Shown: one piece after another, positions 61,631-64,000 of the stretch
Position numbering within the stretch: the stretch's first letter is position 1
How the letters are laid out: every line of letters starts with the position of its first letter
Notes under the pieces: model-generated
The model's input: the letters and a program-made list of their open reading frames with translations, nothing else
Database searches by the model: none
Told to the model about the DNA's origin: nothing
Assembly (NCBI GenBank): GCA_030141605.1
Contig: JAQGDQ010000482.1
Location: 62,001-126,000 of the forward strand
Direction: 5' to 3'
Length of the DNA stretch: 64,000 nucleotides
Origin: Tubiluchus corallicola
Lineage: Eukaryota; Animalia; Priapulida
Program-made: the position numbers and the translations under genes

Positions 61631-63560
61631 TTAAAACCCAAATTTTGGGAAACCACGGCTTCTTTCACCAGGTTACATAAAATTAATCACATAGATTCTA
61701 GAATGTAATTTTTCATCTTTTGTAATTTTTTTGCTCATCTTCACCAACACAAATAAATCCTAAATATAAATAATTATAGCAATAAGTTTGTATTACAGCA
61801 ACGTGCTGTACCAACGTAACAAAGTGTCACGCAAATAAAAAAAACAGGAATGCAGACAAGTAAACAAATGAAAAAGCAAAAAAATAAGCAAGTAAACAAG
61901 TAATTAACCTTTTAACCATTCATCGTAAGACATGTGAACAAGACTTTATAATAATTAAATAAACACGCTGATAATACGCAACCTATTTTTTATAATAATA
62001 ATATTTGTAATTAGGCTTTTTTTACAATTGATAACAATAATTAGATTTTTGAAGCAATATTATCACAGTAAGTTTCGAAGTTTCGCATAAGCTAACTATA
62101 TAGACTGATAATATAAATTGACGCTGCTGCCCCCAAACTTTGTGCTACAAACGCGGCAGTACACTAGCAACATTAACCTGGAAAAACATTATGCTTTCAA
62201 ATACTGCATAAGTTTCCCAGCATGGAAAATTGTCTGTAAGCATGGGGCGCATCAAGGTTTTAGTGGTTACTATTAATTAAATGTGTTTCTCTTTTACCTA
62301 GGGAGTTCGCGTAACTGTTTATGGTGTAGTACATACCATTTGTGTAATAATTGCTCCTGTTTGTTATATGGTCTTATAATATGACTGTTTGCAGCGTGTC
62401 ATTAAATACGCACTTTATAGGCCCATGAAAGGATATGCGTTTTCCCACGAAGATTGTTTAGAGTCTGCTTACTTTTAAATACAACATAGATTAATTACTA
62501 ATTATTCATACTTCTGTTTCTCTCTTGAAACAGTAATTGCTATTAAAATTTTGTGTTCTCATTAATAGACCGTTTGACAGTGTAATTACACATTTAATTT
62601 AAGCATAATATTAAGGATTTTTGTTTGTTCGATAACCAAAATAGTTTGTTCTTATAATATAACTAATAATAGTTAAATATGCGTTTTGATTAGATTAAGT
62701 TAACTTACCTGTTTTTACTTGTAAGGTGGTGACATCTGGCTTCAATATTAGCGACCAGGTTTTAAATACCTATCATTGAAGTTTCAATGTGTTCAAAGCA
62801 GTGATGGCGTGATGACGTGTTTTCTGTGTAATTCACGATTTGATGCCAAACATGTATATATATTTTGCTTAATTTTATTTGGTTATATACTGAAAGTCTC
62901 GGACTAATTTCACATAATGGTAATTGACATTTTGATAAGAAATCAATTAGTTTATTAAAAGAATTTGCTTTTCATTCCAGATGAAATGTATAATTTTGGG
63001 AAATGGCGTCTTAATGCGTGTCAAATATGAAGTAAAATGACGAAGGGGCATGTGCTGTGATGATGGTGCACAAACAATAGAATATTATACTAAGCAATAC
63101 TTGATGACTTTGTTTGTTTGTCACTATAAAACCCAAACACATAATTTATGCGATTACACAATGTATATTTAGACAGAGTAAACCCGCAGACTAAAACTAT
63201 CTAGTTTGCTTAAATACAAAACAGTTTATTTACAAATTTATAACACATTTGACATGTATGAAAACGAGTGTATTAAAAACAATATGAACCGATTTTATCC
63301 ATTCCACACACCCCAAACGCATCCACACCGCATGCTACGTAAACGCATCCACAACCGCAAGTAGGTTAGATGTTACACCTCTGGCCGATTTCCCGGCTAC
63401 CGCATGCTACGTAAACGCATCCTTCGTAAACGCATCTACAACCGCATGTTACGTAAGCACCACTTTTATTTGGGTTAAATTTATAGCATTTACTGCTTTA
63501 TAGATACGAATATTTTTGTTTGAACTAGTGTGATGGTTGGTTTCTGATGATAAACACGAT

Positions 63561-64000
63561 CAGTGATTTTCAACCTTTTTTGAGCCACGGCACATTTTTT
63601 ACATTTCCAAAATCCTCGGGCTCACCACCAACCAAAATGACACAAAATGACACTCTAACACAGTACACATTATACATATAGTTAATATTATAGCTTCTAA
63701 ATGTATTTGTACTCACGTAGTGTGAAACCTGGGCCTGTTTCGATGAACACAAAAGGGATATCCTGGCAGGAATGGTAGAAAGACACACACGAAGCTCTTC
63801 CTCAACAGCTCTCAGTCTCTCTCTGTTTTTAGTTTTTATCGCAGTCAAGCTTGAGAAGCTCAGCTCACATAGATATGTGGTTGAAAACGGGAGCAATGTC
63901 AAAATAGCTTTGTTGGCCAGAATGGGGAACTCCTTGGCAACAGATAACCAAAAACGGTCCAAAGGAAGATCAGCAAAGTTGAGCTTTAAACCACGATCTT
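63561..64000 (-). mobile_element. 3' end of a hAT (Charlie/Buster/ZBED-SCAND3-like) transposon with transposase C-terminal dimerisation domain; runs off the window
   Basis: Open frame from the window edge: [87 protein letters not shown]; TIR cagtgattttcaacc at 63561. Confidence 0.92.

Overview
AT-rich, repeat-laden DNA from an invertebrate animal (spliceosomal GT-AG introns). Three host genes can be assembled by eye: (1) a BMP type I receptor of the BMPR1/ALK3-6/thickveins class on + (9 coding exons, 4580-14770; signal-peptide exon not found, probably upstream of the window); (2) a RasGEF1-family GEF on + (15 coding exons, 31697-48057, about 464 aa); (3) an intronless ELOVL3/6-type fatty-acid elongase on - (57958-58896). 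The rest is introns and intergenic DNA with non-autonomous DNA transposons (Kolobok-like, pogo/Tc1-like, Harbinger-like, hAT-like), the 3' end of a Charlie/Buster-type hAT transposase at the window edge, LINE remnants, tRNA-derived SINE-like heads and many tandem arrays. The most unusual signal is that several arrays in the RasGEF1 gene are built from the gene's own splice junctions: a 28-copy array of an exon-end/5' splice site, a 5-copy array of a 3' splice site, and an array starting at a donor. Other notable items: a minisatellite that arose inside a MITE, an array carrying a G-quadruplex motif in its unit, a cluster of CRE sites over the elongase, and a gene trio matching the human 4q/10q paralogon. 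All calls are by eye; no searches were run, and family names for transposons rest on terminal and TSD signatures only.
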